Shown here: piece by piece, positions 45,380-55,158 of the stretch
Numbering within the stretch: position 1 is the stretch's first letter
Layout: every line of letters begins with the position of its first letter
Sequence record: NZ_CP040393.1
Direction: 5' to 3' (one strand)
DNA from: a plasmid
Length of the DNA: 64,000 nucleotides
Position numbers and translations under genes: made by a program
The notes under the pieces: model-generated
What the model was told of the DNA's origin: nothing
Database searches by the model: none
The model's input: only the letters and a program-made list of their open reading frames with translations

Positions 45380-45660
45380 CGTCTGTCATAAAGTACTGGT
45401 TAAAATTGAATCAATGCACCGCCAGTCCCGCCACTGCGTGTGGCTGAAAATGGCCACAGAGGTTGTCGTATCCGTTCTTTCCACACTTATCCGCAAACGG
45501 ACAAACCCGGTTATCAGCAACCTGCCTGAAATAACGCGCAAAATAATCAGGACTTCGTCCTTACTTATATTCATAAGAGATCAACCTTATTCACTGGATA
45601 AAAACGGTGGATAACGGGGAAAACGAGAAGAGGCCTTCGCTTACAGCAGCCTGACGGCTG
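45380..45660. promoter_or_regulatory. Candidate replication origin (oriV) downstream of repA. AT-rich with DnaA-box-like 9-mers.
   Basis: TTATCCGCA at 45488-45496 and GGTGGATAA at 45617-45625 (reverse complement TTATCCACC), against the consensus TTATCCACA. Local AT-richness. This is the position of oriR in IncFII replicons. Confidence 0.45.
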
Positions 45661-46208
45661 CGCCGCTCAGAAATATTGCTTCCCCCCACCGCCAGCGGCG
45701 GGTCCCCTTCGCGCTGAAACCCAACGACAGAGTCGCCATTCAGCCCTGAAAAGCCGCGCCGCCCCGGGCCGGAGGCCCGGAACAGTGCCGCTTTTAAAGA
45801 GGATGATGTAACTAAGGTTTGCGTCGCGGTAACTCCAGTCGCTGAAAGACCTGCGTGACACGCTCGTAAGCGCCCTTCGGGACGCTAACGCGGAGATACG
45901 CCCCGTCTTCGGCAAAGCCTCGACGTGACCACTCCGGCCGCGCACATAACATTCTGCGTCGCTGATAACGGGTTATGGTCTGGCAGGGATGAGGGGTTAA
46001 TAGCCACAGGCTATCATGTTGCCGGCTTCGCCGGGTCACGGCGCCATTAACGCCCAGCGTTATATTCACCTTCATCCGGCGCCTTTATGCCGCTGTGCGG
46101 CATGCAGTGAGCCTGTTCGCACAGCTCACCGGCTCTAAAAAGGTCATTAGGTTGTCAATTTTCCGATCGGGAATATGATGTAAGGAGACAACCATCCGAG
46201 GAGAAAAA

Positions 46209-47012
46209 ATGGACACACTCCTGTTCCCCGGCCAGAACCAGAGCGTCTGGGCGGCCACAATGATTAACCTTGAGGCCCGCCAGCTCGTTAATACGGCCAA
46301 TACCGTGGCCGCCATGCATCTGCATGACGGACTTTCGAGAATTCAGTTCGTCGACGAAATCAGGTCAGTCATCATGAGCCAGTTTGAAGCGGCACGGCGC
46401 GCGAAAACGGATGATGAGTGTATGGCCTGCATAAAAGCGCTGCGGGCAGAAAACCACAGTCTGCTTGAACAATCCCGCGCACTGAAAACGGGCTATGCAA
46501 AGCTCTATGCCGAGGTAAAGATTGTCCGGGAAGATAATAAAATCATCGGCTACATTATTTCGGCCGTTGACGTGGTTGTTGCCGGCATGGCCATTTTTGG
46601 CGGCATTGTCATGATGTCGTCCATGAATCCACTGGGTGTGGTGGCCGGGGCTGTTATTGTCGTGAACGGTTTTAACACCATCTCACGTGAGGCTGCGCGT
46701 ACCTTCCTCGGGGACAGGCAGACAGAAGGGATGTTTGCGGATGGATCGATGGAGGTGGCCGAATTTCTTGGATTCAGCCGTCAGCAGGGGCTGGGTGCCT
46801 ACAAAGCAGTCACGCTTTTCAGTGAAGTATACGGCGCATATGGTCTGCGTCTTAAGCCTGAAGCCCAACGGCTCTGGTACTGGACCCGGCCCGATTTTTT
46901 CCGGAAAGTATCCGGCACTCCGCGCCCGGTCATGGCCTTAAAAATTGCAGGCTGGGGCATTAATGCAAAAGTGGCGCTCGATTTATTGTCTATCGATCCT
47001 GGCGGGAAATAG
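46209..47012 (+). CDS. Hypothetical protein (267 aa) with an N-terminal coiled coil and a central ~45-aa hydrophobic hairpin
   Basis: ...LEQSRALKTGYAKLYAEVKIVRED... then IIGYIISAVDVVVAGMAIFGGIVMMSSMNPLGVVAGAVIVVNGF... Its end overlaps a convergent small TM-protein gene. Confidence 0.6.
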   Translation: MDTLLFPGQNQSVWAATMINLEARQLVNTANTVAAMHLHDGLSRIQFVDEIRSVIMSQFEAARRAKTDDECMACIKALRAENHSLLEQSRALKTGYAKLYAEVKIVREDNKIIGYIISAVDVVVAGMAIFGGIVMMSSMNPLGVVAGAVIVVNGFNTISREAARTFLGDRQTEGMFADGSMEVAEFLGFSRQQGLGAYKAVTLFSEVYGAYGLRLKPEAQRLWYWTRPDFFRKVSGTPRPVMALKIAGWGINAKVALDLLSIDPGGK

Positions 47013-47313
47013 TTCTCTGTAAACGGCTGGCTTTTCTGCCCAGAGCGGGCGGAAACGTGGCCCAGGCAATGACCAGCACAATGACAGCGCTTACTCCGCC
47101 TGAAATGATATGCGTCCGGTTGCCACTGATGATTGCTGCTGACATAACCGGAAGAAGGGCGACGGTTACCCATACTGAAACCCGGAAACGACGGGAAAGT
47201 GCGGCAATCAGCTCATCCAACGTTCCTCCTCCCTGCAGCCTGCCGTGCAGATTTTCAACGTCACGTTCACTGAAACCGGCATTCCGTAAGTCTTTGTCGT
47301 TGATGCTCATCAT
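46990..47313 (-). CDS. Small two-TM membrane protein (107 aa), convergent with 46209..47012 and overlapping it
   Basis: MMSINDKDLRNAGFSERDVENLHGRLQGGGTLDELIAALSRRFRVSVWVTVALLPVMSAAIISGNRTHIISGGVSAVIVLVIAWATF... Confidence 0.55.
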   Translation of the reverse strand: MMSINDKDLRNAGFSERDVENLHGRLQGGGTLDELIAALSRRFRVSVWVTVALLPVMSAAIISGNRTHIISGGVSAVIVLVIAWATFPPALGRKASRLQRTISRQDR

Positions 47314-47338
47314 GTTCTCCCTTTTCCCGCCAAAGTAT

Positions 47339-47376
47339 ATACAGAGTTGACGCTCAACGGTACGGTTTCAGAACCG
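47339..47376. repeat. Degenerate Tn3-family IR-like sequence; direct copy of the one at 56530-56567
   Basis: GTTGACGCTCAACGGTACGGTTTCAG against GTTTGATGCTCAACGGAACGGTTTCAC. Core identity 20/22. Confidence 0.5.
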
Positions 47377-47406
47377 GGCTGTGCCCGGGAATATACTTCT
47401 GGCCAG

Positions 47407-48189
47407 TCAGTTCTGAAGGTACAGTCTCACCAGGCCGAAAACGATTAGATGAATGATGTAGGCCAGGTAAAAGAACGATGCCGGAATGAAGCGGTGTTCC
47501 GTTCCCGCTGCGGGTGAGGTCGCCATACTGACCGCCGCAGCCGGCAGCAGTACCGTGGGCAGAATGGCCAGTACAACGACGGTGACCGGTATTTCCTGAA
47601 TATGCTGACTGTTCAGGGCCATCAGCGCGATGAAAGCGGCGGCTCCGGCCGTGAGTCTGTACCGGAATGACGTGTGATGCAGGAAGATGGCCAGTGACAG
47701 CGCCAGTACAAGCCCCGGCACTCCGTAGCTTGCGATAGACAGTGGCCACGCCATCAGGGCAAGCAACAATACGCCGCCCGTCATGCCTGCCAGGCGGTAG
47801 CGGTGATGCCAGGCCAGCAGCTGCGTCGCGCCGGCGAAGACAAACAGAATGTTGAGGGCGTACCACGGGTCGTGTCCCCGGAATGCCAGACTGAATGCCG
47901 GCTGGGTGACGATCGCCCATAACCACATCCGGTTTGCCCTGATCTGCAGACGTTCCGGCCTGAGCATCACATTGCGTGCCCATATCAGCACGAACAGCGG
48001 AAACGCCATTCTCCCCAGCGCATAGAGTTCCGGTCGGGGCTGTGTCAGCAACAGGGTGTTGACGTGGTCCGCGAGCATGGCAACCAGCGCCGTCAGTTTT
48101 AGCCGGTCGGCGGCTCCCGGACTGATGGTCAGCCAGTGGTTTATTCTGGACATCAGTCCGTTCATCGTTACGCTGAGAAACTGTGTCAT
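47407..48189 (-). CDS. traX: TraX, F-pilin N-acetyltransferase (membrane). Inverted and displaced relative to traI.
   Basis: ...LKLTALVAMLADHVNTLLLTQP...GRMAFPLFVLIWARNV...WAIVTQPAFSLAF...NILFVFAGATQLLAWH matches F TraX (IKTVALVLMVLDHINLIFQLKQ...GRGAFPLFALVWGLNL...NILFAFAVAAQVLTWC). The overlapping 327-aa frame 47354..48337 is a shadow ORF. Confidence 0.85.
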   Translation of the reverse strand: MTQFLSVTMNGLMSRINHWLTISPGAADRLKLTALVAMLADHVNTLLLTQPRPELYALGRMAFPLFVLIWARNVMLRPERLQIRANRMWLWAIVTQPAFSLAFRGHDPWYALNILFVFAGATQLLAWHHRYRLAGMTGGVLLLALMAWPLSIASYGVPGLVLALSLAIFLHHTSFRYRLTAGAAAFIALMALNSQHIQEIPVTVVVLAILPTVLLPAAAVSMATSPAAGTEHRFIPASFFYLAYIIHLIVFGLVRLYLQN

Positions 48190-48576
48190 TTATGTCCTTT
48201 TCAGTCCGGCACGCTCGTAAAATATAATCCTGTACCCATTGCCAGAAAACCCGGCCGCTGTAAGGCGGCACACTGACACCGGCTTTCTGCAAGATCTTTC
48301 TCGCCACGGATTCTGTTTTATCCCGGATAATTAACATTGCAGAATTTTTATCTTTATTGGGGTCAGTTTGGATATCGGAAATTATTGTACGTTAAGGGGG
48401 GGCTTGGCCTTTTGAAACACCGATGATTTCAGGCCGCACTGCCAGGATTTTAAAGTGGGACTATGTCACACTGACATAGTAGTAAATAGCTAATGGATCA
48501 TTTTACTCCGTTGATGGCAACTATTTCGGATTCAGCTATGTTAAATTGTTCTGCTAGTTGAGCCTGTAACCAACTG

Positions 48577-49296
48577 TTATTTTGCCCCTGATGTCTCTGT
48601 AGATTTGATTTTTTCGATCGCAATAATATTGTCTGACATCGCTTCATTGAGCACTTCAACTGCCGTGCTGGCATCGCGATTCTTTATCGACATATAGACC
48701 TTGATATGGGCTTCCACACTTTCAAGGGTAATACCCAGCGTACGGTTAAGCTCTTCAAGATAGTAGTAATAGATGTCTTTAATCGAGCTCATCACGTTGT
48801 AGAACACGCTGTTGTGTGATGCCCTGACAATCGCCAGATGGAACTCGTAGTCCGCTTCCGAGTATTTTTTATAATCGCCTTTGTGGATCAACATGTTGTT
48901 CAGTGCTTCTTCGAGCTGGCGAATGTCATCATCGGTAGCATGTGTGACGGCGAGCTCCACGCATTTGAACTCCACAGTCTGACGAAAAATCATCATATCG
49001 TGAAACTCTTCGCGGCTGAGGTGCATGATTGGACGAGGATCGTTACTCAACATCTGTGGGATGAAGTTTTCGCTCACGTAGCTGCCGCTACCCTGACGTG
49101 TCACCACAATCCCCAGGTCACGAAAACGCTGCACCGCGCTACGAACGCTGACCCGGCTGACGTTAAATGAGGTGGTCAGCTCGGCTTCTGAGGGCAAACG
49201 GCTACCCGGAGCCCAACTGCCATCCAGCAATTTTCCGCTTATCTGATCATAAACTTCATTTACAACATTCTGTTTTTGAATGGATTTTATGCTCAA
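48577..49296 (-). CDS. GntR-family transcriptional regulator (FadR/FCD subfamily)
   Basis: N-terminal wHTH ...LPSEAELTTSFNVSRVSVRSAVQRFRDLGIVVTRQGSGSYV, then an all-helical FCD domain. Confidence 0.9.
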   Translation of the reverse strand: MSIKSIQKQNVVNEVYDQISGKLLDGSWAPGSRLPSEAELTTSFNVSRVSVRSAVQRFRDLGIVVTRQGSGSYVSENFIPQMLSNDPRPIMHLSREEFHDMMIFRQTVEFKCVELAVTHATDDDIRQLEEALNNMLIHKGDYKKYSEADYEFHLAIVRASHNSVFYNVMSSIKDIYYYYLEELNRTLGITLESVEAHIKVYMSIKNRDASTAVEVLNEAMSDNIIAIEKIKSTETSGAK

Positions 49297-49386
49297 GATG
49301 GGTATCCGTTAAGATGTCGCTGAAGTGATTTATTGTATAACAATTCACTTTTAAGAACAAAGCGCCCGGTCGGGCGCTTCTCACCG

Positions 49387-50430
49387 TTAATCGAAACGAA
49401 TTAGTACCTTAGCTGAGACATTTTTGTCTGTGGCGGTAATCAACGCGTCTTCAATTTGCTGGGGTGGGAACTCGGCGCTGATAAGCGGGCGAGGATCGAC
49501 GCGCCCATCTTCCAGCCAGCGTACCGCGGTGATGAACTCACCGATAAAGCGGAATGAGCCAACCCAGTTAAGCTCTTTAACCAGCATAGGCGACACCGGC
49601 CAGCTTACCGGGCTGGCCCCCATACCTACCTGGACGATAGTGCCGGCAGGGCGGGTGAAATCGACGGTGGATGCCACGGCAATCGGTGCGCCTGAGGCCT
49701 CAAACACGACGTCAAAGTAGCCTTTATGCTGCTGATAATGGGTAACCTGTTCTTCATCGCGCGGATCCATCACCACCGTGGCCCCCATCTGGCGTGCCAG
49801 TTCCAGACAGCGCGGGCTGAGATCGGACGCCACCAGTTCAGATGCCCCGGCACTGCGCGCCGCCGCGAGGATCAGGCAACCAATGGGGCCAGCACCAATC
49901 ACGAGAACGCGTTTGCCGGTCAACGGGCCCGCCTTTTTTACCGCATGAATGGCGACTGCCAGGGGTTCCGAAAAGGCCATCACGTTTGCTGGCACGCGAC
50001 TATCGTAAGGAATGCATTGCTCCGGTTTCACCACCACGTATTCAGAAAAGCCGCCATTCACGTGAGGATTGAACTGTGCGCTTCCCATAAAGCGCATGGA
50101 GCCGCACAGGTTTTGATGGCCGGAAAGGCACATCTCGCATTGATTACAGGGGCAGGAAGGGTTTACCGCCACAGTTTGTCCCACTTTTAGTTCGCTGCCT
50201 GCGGGCACTTTGTTAACCACGCCGACAAACTCATGGCCAATCACCATAGGATGTTTGAGGACAGACATCCCCGCGCGGCCATGCTGATAGTAGTGAATAT
50301 CAGAGCCACAGATACCGCCGCAGGCGACCTTCACAACGACATCATATTCACCGTGCTCGATTTCACGTGATTCAAAGCGTACGTCTTTTTCCGCATGGGC
50401 CAGACAAGCGTTACAGGTTATTTTTTCCAT
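49387..50430 (-). CDS. Zn-dependent medium-chain alcohol/polyol dehydrogenase (L-idonate 5-dehydrogenase / sorbitol dehydrogenase-like)
   Basis: MEKITCNACLAHAEKDVRFE... GICGSDIHYY, GHEFVGVV, structural-Zn Cys cluster CPCNQCEMC, Rossmann motif VLVIGAGPIG. Confidence 0.9.
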   Translation of the reverse strand: MEKITCNACLAHAEKDVRFESREIEHGEYDVVVKVACGGICGSDIHYYQHGRAGMSVLKHPMVIGHEFVGVVNKVPAGSELKVGQTVAVNPSCPCNQCEMCLSGHQNLCGSMRFMGSAQFNPHVNGGFSEYVVVKPEQCIPYDSRVPANVMAFSEPLAVAIHAVKKAGPLTGKRVLVIGAGPIGCLILAAARSAGASELVASDLSPRCLELARQMGATVVMDPRDEEQVTHYQQHKGYFDVVFEASGAPIAVASTVDFTRPAGTIVQVGMGASPVSWPVSPMLVKELNWVGSFRFIGEFITAVRWLEDGRVDPRPLISAEFPPQQIEDALITATDKNVSAKVLIRFD

Positions 50431-50446
50431 TTTGATGATGACCTCG

Positions 50447-51808
50447 TTATTTATTGGCAGTTGCCGGATTAATGGCATTCTTATCCACGGTGTTGGCATT
50501 CTTTTTTTCAGGCAAGATCACTTCAATTTTGCCCACGAGGAAGATGTAGGCTAATAAGCCCAGTCCGGCAACGCCTGCGATATACCACATGGCATACTGG
50601 AAGTTTTGCGTGCGCTGGAGAATAACCCCAATAACAATTGGACTAACGATCCCTGAAAGATTACCGCAAATATTTAAAAATCCGCCCATGGTGCCGAGGA
50701 AATTACGGGGGATCACATCGCTCCAGACCACCCAACCCAGGTTTGAAAAAGCGTTAGCAAAGAACGCAACAGACAAAATGACTATCGCAATTACCGGCTG
50801 GTTTTCAAAGAAGTTCACCATTCCAATAATCATAGTGACGCACAGGCCTGCCATCACCGGTAATTTTCTCGCCAGCGTGCGGGATTTGCCTTTTTTCAGA
50901 AGCATGTCGCTTAGCGTACCGCCACAGAGCACCCCAAGCATCGCCATAATATAGGGAAGCATGGCACCTATCCCAGCTTTGGAAATAGAGAGATGCAGCC
51001 CTTTTTCCAGGTAAACAATAAACCAGGTCAGGAAGAAATAGAGCGTAGACGAGCAGGCAAACTGGGTGATGAACAGACCCCAAATCGTTTTTTTACTGAG
51101 GAAGAATTTAATATCTTGCCAGCTGATTTTCTCGCTAACTGCAGACTGGTTGGCTGAGCCATAGCCACCACCCGCTTTGATGTAATCCAGCTCTGCCTGG
51201 TTCACAGCGGTGCTGTGCTGTGGATCGCGGTAATACATAAGCCAGTAGATGCCAAACAGAATCCCGACGCCACCGGACAGATAAAACGACATTTCCCAAC
51301 CGTAGTTAGCCACAATAAAAGCGAGGGCTGGGGTCAGCAGGGCGAGACCAAGATATTGCGCGCTGGAATAAATTGCGGTCGCACGCGCACGTTCATGATC
51401 CGGGAACCAGGTGGCGATTATTTTTGTGTTAGACGGAAAGGATGGCGCTTCGGCCACGCCAATTAATGCGCGGCAGGCCAGAAGCATTGCAAATGAAGCG
51501 GTTGCAGTCGCGAATAAATGGTGTGAGGCGAACCCCATCATAAAGGTAAAAATACTCCACAGAATAATCGCCCCACCGTAAAGAATACGTGACCCGATGC
51601 GATCAAGGACATAGCCGACAGGAATTTGACTGGCAGCGTAGGCCCAGGTAAACATGGAGAAAAGCAAACCCAGTTGTGTTGGCGTCAGACTGAAATCATT
51701 CTGGATATTCGAACCAGCAACGGCAAGATTGGCGCGATCCATATAATTAATTGCAGTCACAATAAACAGCAATGTGAGAATAAAGAGTCGTTGTCTTGAA
51801 GCCTTCAT
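50447..51808 (-). CDS. MFS transporter, anion:cation symporter family (D-galactonate/hexuronate/glucarate transporter-like)
   Basis: MKASRQRLFILTLLFIVTAINYMDRANLAVAG... 12 TM. Typical ACS-family N-terminus. Confidence 0.9.
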   Translation of the reverse strand: MKASRQRLFILTLLFIVTAINYMDRANLAVAGSNIQNDFSLTPTQLGLLFSMFTWAYAASQIPVGYVLDRIGSRILYGGAIILWSIFTFMMGFASHHLFATATASFAMLLACRALIGVAEAPSFPSNTKIIATWFPDHERARATAIYSSAQYLGLALLTPALAFIVANYGWEMSFYLSGGVGILFGIYWLMYYRDPQHSTAVNQAELDYIKAGGGYGSANQSAVSEKISWQDIKFFLSKKTIWGLFITQFACSSTLYFFLTWFIVYLEKGLHLSISKAGIGAMLPYIMAMLGVLCGGTLSDMLLKKGKSRTLARKLPVMAGLCVTMIIGMVNFFENQPVIAIVILSVAFFANAFSNLGWVVWSDVIPRNFLGTMGGFLNICGNLSGIVSPIVIGVILQRTQNFQYAMWYIAGVAGLGLLAYIFLVGKIEVILPEKKNANTVDKNAINPATANK

Positions 51809-51891
51809 AATAATACCTGTGTTATATCGGCATGCCGTCGGGTGAACACATACCGTCAATTTTAAAGGCGAGCAGGTAGAGTACGGACGGC

Positions 51892-52659
51892 TTATAACAC
51901 GGCGAGCCAGCCACCATCGACGTAGATAATTTGCCCGTTGATATAATCCGATGCTTTGGATGATAAGAAGACTGCGGTGCCGATGAGCTCATCCGGACGA
52001 CCCCAGCGCTGAGAGGGGTTGCTGCTTTTCACCCAGGCGTCGAACTGTTTGTCTTCGATAAGCGCGGTGTTCATATCCGTCAGAATGTAGCCCGGCCCAA
52101 TAGCGTTGGTCTGGATATTAAACTGTGCCCATTCTGCGGCCATCGAACAGGTGAGCATTTTGATGCCGCCTTTTGCCGCCGTGTACGGGGCAACCGTCGG
52201 GCGTGCGGCCTGGCTGGTGAGCGAGCCGATATTAATGATTTTACCGCCGCTGTTGCGGGCCATCATCCGTTTTGCCGCCGCGCGGGAGACCAGAAACGCG
52301 CTGGTCAGGTTGGTGTCGATCACCTTCTGCCAGTTTTCCAGCTCCAGCTCGACCATCGGTTTGCGGTACTGAATACCGGCATTATTGATCAGGATATCAA
52401 CATTGATCCCTTGTGCATCAAGTTTGCTAAAAGCCGCCTCAATTGCCTGTTCATCGGTGACGTCGAAAGCCACACCCTGTGCGTCGTAACCTTTGCTGAT
52501 CAGCGTATCCACTGATTCGGCCAGCAGCGTGTCGCGGATATCATTCAGAATGACCCGTGCGCCCGCAGCGGCAAGGCCCTCTGCGTAGGCAAAGCCCAGT
52601 CCGCGCGCAGAGCCCGTTACCAGTGCCGTTTTCCCCGTTAAATCAAATAAAGCGGTCAT
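51892..52659 (-). CDS. SDR-family oxidoreductase (gluconate 5-dehydrogenase / 2-deoxy-D-gluconate 3-dehydrogenase-like)
   Basis: TALVTGSARGLGFAYAEGLAAAGARV; NNAGI; catalytic S...YxxxK (YTAAKGG). Confidence 0.9.
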   Translation of the reverse strand: MTALFDLTGKTALVTGSARGLGFAYAEGLAAAGARVILNDIRDTLLAESVDTLISKGYDAQGVAFDVTDEQAIEAAFSKLDAQGINVDILINNAGIQYRKPMVELELENWQKVIDTNLTSAFLVSRAAAKRMMARNSGGKIINIGSLTSQAARPTVAPYTAAKGGIKMLTCSMAAEWAQFNIQTNAIGPGYILTDMNTALIEDKQFDAWVKSSNPSQRWGRPDELIGTAVFLSSKASDYINGQIIYVDGGWLAVL

Positions 52660-52992
52660 GTTGTTTCCTCATTTATTTAATATGTATGACGACTGTCATA
52701 TTTAAGATTGAATTTTCGCTCTGATAAAATCAACAACTCGCCCATTAATTTGCAATGAGGATCACAAACATTCCCGCTATGACGACCATAAAAATCCATT
52801 TAATGAATTGAATTATAGGTATATATTGAATTTTTATTGAACGTAATTTGATCGCTGTCACAGAATGGGTTTCGAAACGTTCCTCTGCAAAAGAAGCGTG
52901 ATATAACAACATCAACTTGTAGGACAACTTACAATTTGTACATCGTGTCATCCACAAAGATATGACATGCGGTAAATTCGCTGAGTTAAGGA

Positions 52993-54252
52993 GTGAAAGT
53001 GAGTAACCTGAAAATCACCAACGTGAAAACGATTCTGACAGCACCTGGCGGCATTGATTTGGCGGTCGTAAAGGTCGAGACCAATGAGCCGGGGCTGTAT
53101 GGTCTGGGATGTGCAACATTTACCCAGCGTATCTTCGCGGTAAAAAGCGCGATCGATGAGTACATGGCGCCTTTTCTGATTGGCAAAGATCCGACGCGTA
53201 TTGAGGATATCTGGCAATCAGGCGCGGTGAGCGGCTACTGGCGTAATGGCCCGATCATGAACAATGCGTTGTCCGGCGTAGACATGGCCCTGTGGGATAT
53301 CAAAGGTAAGCTGGCGGGTATGCCGGTTTATGACCTGCTGGGCGGCAAATGTCGTGATGGGATCCCACTGTACTGCCACACCGACGGCGGCGATGAAGTT
53401 GAAGTGGAAGATAACATTCGCGCCAGAATGGAAGAGGGCTACCAGTACGTTCGCTGCCAGATGGGCATGTACGGCGGCGCGGGGACCGATGATCTCAAAC
53501 TGATCGCCACGCACCTGGCGCGGGCAAAGAACATCCAGCCGAAGCGTTCGCCGCGCAGCAAAACGCCCGGTATCTACTTTGATCCGGACGCCTATGCCAA
53601 AAGCGTCCCGCGTCTGTTCGACCACCTGCGTAACAAGCTCGGCTTTGGCATCGAATTTATTCATGATGTGCATGAGCGTGTGACCCCGGTGACCGCCATT
53701 AACCTGGCCAAAACGCTCGAACAGTATCAGCTGTTTTATCTTGAAGACCCGGTGGCACCGGAAAACATTGACTGGCTGAAAATGCTGCGCCAGCAGTCTT
53801 CCACGCCGATATCCATGGGTGAGCTGTTTGTGAATGTGAATGAATGGAAGCCGCTCATCGACAACAAGCTCATAGACTACATTCGCTGCCACGTGAGCAC
53901 CATCGGAGGTATTACGCCGGCGAAGAAACTTGCTGTCTACAGCGAACTGAACGGTGTGCGCACCGCGTGGCACGGGCCGGGCGACATTTCCCCGGTCGGG
54001 GTCTGCGCTAACATGCATCTGGATTTGAGTTCACCGAACTTTGGCATTCAGGAATACACGCCAATGAACGACGCGTTGCGTGATGTCTTCCCGGGCTGTC
54101 CGGAGATTGACCACGGTTACGCCTATCTGAACGATAAGCCGGGCCTGGGTATTGACATTGATGAAGCCAAAGCGGCGAAATATCCGTGCGAGGGGGGGAT
54201 CCCGTCCTGGACAATGGCGCGCACTCCGGACGGTACGGCCTCAAGACCATAA
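52993..54252 (+). CDS. Enolase-superfamily sugar-acid dehydratase (D-mannonate / D-galactonate dehydratase family). Possible start at GTG 52999.
   Basis: MKVSNLKITNVKTILTAPGGIDLAVVKVETNEPGLYGLGCATFTQR...DMALWDIKGK... then metal-ligand acidic residues in a TIM barrel. 419 aa. Confidence 0.85.
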   Translation: MKVSNLKITNVKTILTAPGGIDLAVVKVETNEPGLYGLGCATFTQRIFAVKSAIDEYMAPFLIGKDPTRIEDIWQSGAVSGYWRNGPIMNNALSGVDMALWDIKGKLAGMPVYDLLGGKCRDGIPLYCHTDGGDEVEVEDNIRARMEEGYQYVRCQMGMYGGAGTDDLKLIATHLARAKNIQPKRSPRSKTPGIYFDPDAYAKSVPRLFDHLRNKLGFGIEFIHDVHERVTPVTAINLAKTLEQYQLFYLEDPVAPENIDWLKMLRQQSSTPISMGELFVNVNEWKPLIDNKLIDYIRCHVSTIGGITPAKKLAVYSELNGVRTAWHGPGDISPVGVCANMHLDLSSPNFGIQEYTPMNDALRDVFPGCPEIDHGYAYLNDKPGLGIDIDEAKAAKYPCEGGIPSWTMARTPDGTASRP

Positions 54253-54349
54253 GCAATGAAGGCCCGGTTTGCATCTGCCGGGTCTTATTCCCGACGTCCA
54301 GATGGACTCCGTTTGAGAAACGGAAATTATTGTATATTGAGGCTGATTT

Positions 54350-54991
54350 TTAATCAGTGGCCACTTCTTTGTAAAGAGCCTGAATGCGGCATATCTGGGA
54401 GGGACTGTACCCTGTCGCGTCTGCCGTTTCCCGGATACTCAGCTTCTTAATCTGGCGGTAGTACAGGACTTTCTGATGCCGTTCCTGATCGGCCTGTTTT
54501 CCCCGGTATTTTCCCAGCGTATGGGCCCGCTCAATCCCCTGTTTTTGCCGCTGACGGCGACTCAGCCAGTCTTTATGCGACATTGCGGCCATCAGGTCGA
54601 TAAGCATGTTATTGATGGCAGTTATTACTGCTCGGGTAACAGGATCTGCCCCCGAAGGATCCTTCTCTGACAAAGCCTGCCATGAGGTTGGCACATCAAG
54701 GCTGACAATCCGCAGTTCGTGTTGTTCTATCTGTTTTTTCAGCGTCATCCAGTCGCTGTTACTCAGACGGGTCAGGCGGTCTATCTGCTCGACCAGCAAA
54801 ATATCATTGCGGTGGCTGTCTATCAGTAAGCGTCCCAGTTCCGGGCGGTCAAGTTTTGTACCGCTGATGTTCTCCCGGTAGTAACTGGCTATTTTGTACC
54901 CCCGTTCCTGAATAAACTGCTCCAGCATCTCTTTTGCCCGATCGGCGAACTGATCTTCCGTCGATGCCCTTAAATAAGCTCTGATGAACAT
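54350..54991 (-). CDS. tnpR: Serine recombinase (Tn3-family resolvase TnpR)
   Basis: MFIRAYLRASTEDQ... (catalytic Ser motif), C-terminal HTH ...SIRETADATGYSPSQICRI. Divergent from tnpA. Confidence 0.85.
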   Translation of the reverse strand: MFIRAYLRASTEDQFADRAKEMLEQFIQERGYKIASYYRENISGTKLDRPELGRLLIDSHRNDILLVEQIDRLTRLSNSDWMTLKKQIEQHELRIVSLDVPTSWQALSEKDPSGADPVTRAVITAINNMLIDLMAAMSHKDWLSRRQRQKQGIERAHTLGKYRGKQADQERHQKVLYYRQIKKLSIRETADATGYSPSQICRIQALYKEVATD

Positions 54992-55158
54992 TTTTTCACC
55001 GCGTTATCGCATTTAGGTTATTGCATTTATTCTATCGCATATAGGTTATGTCATTCGTTGTGTGACGTCACGTTTTGGTTATGGCGTCAGGGTGTACCCT
55101 TATGCGATAAGCATTTTTGTTAAAAATACCCCACCGAATAATTTATGAGGGAAACTAT
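54992..55158. promoter_or_regulatory. Probable res site and divergent tnpR/tnpA promoters
   Basis: Intergenic position between the divergent tnpR and tnpA of a Tn3-family module. Confidence 0.5.

Noticed and set aside
47354-48337. 327-aa minus-strand ORF overlapping traX in another frame
   Set aside because: The traX frame (47407-48189) has a clear match to F TraX. The longer overlapping frame is Arg/Gly-rich, low-complexity and has no homology.
53218-54018. 266-aa minus-strand ORF and 59152-59931 / 59243-59851 plus-strand ORFs
   Set aside because: They are antisense to the ManD-type dehydratase and to the MCP, both of which have strong domain support. These are shadow ORFs.
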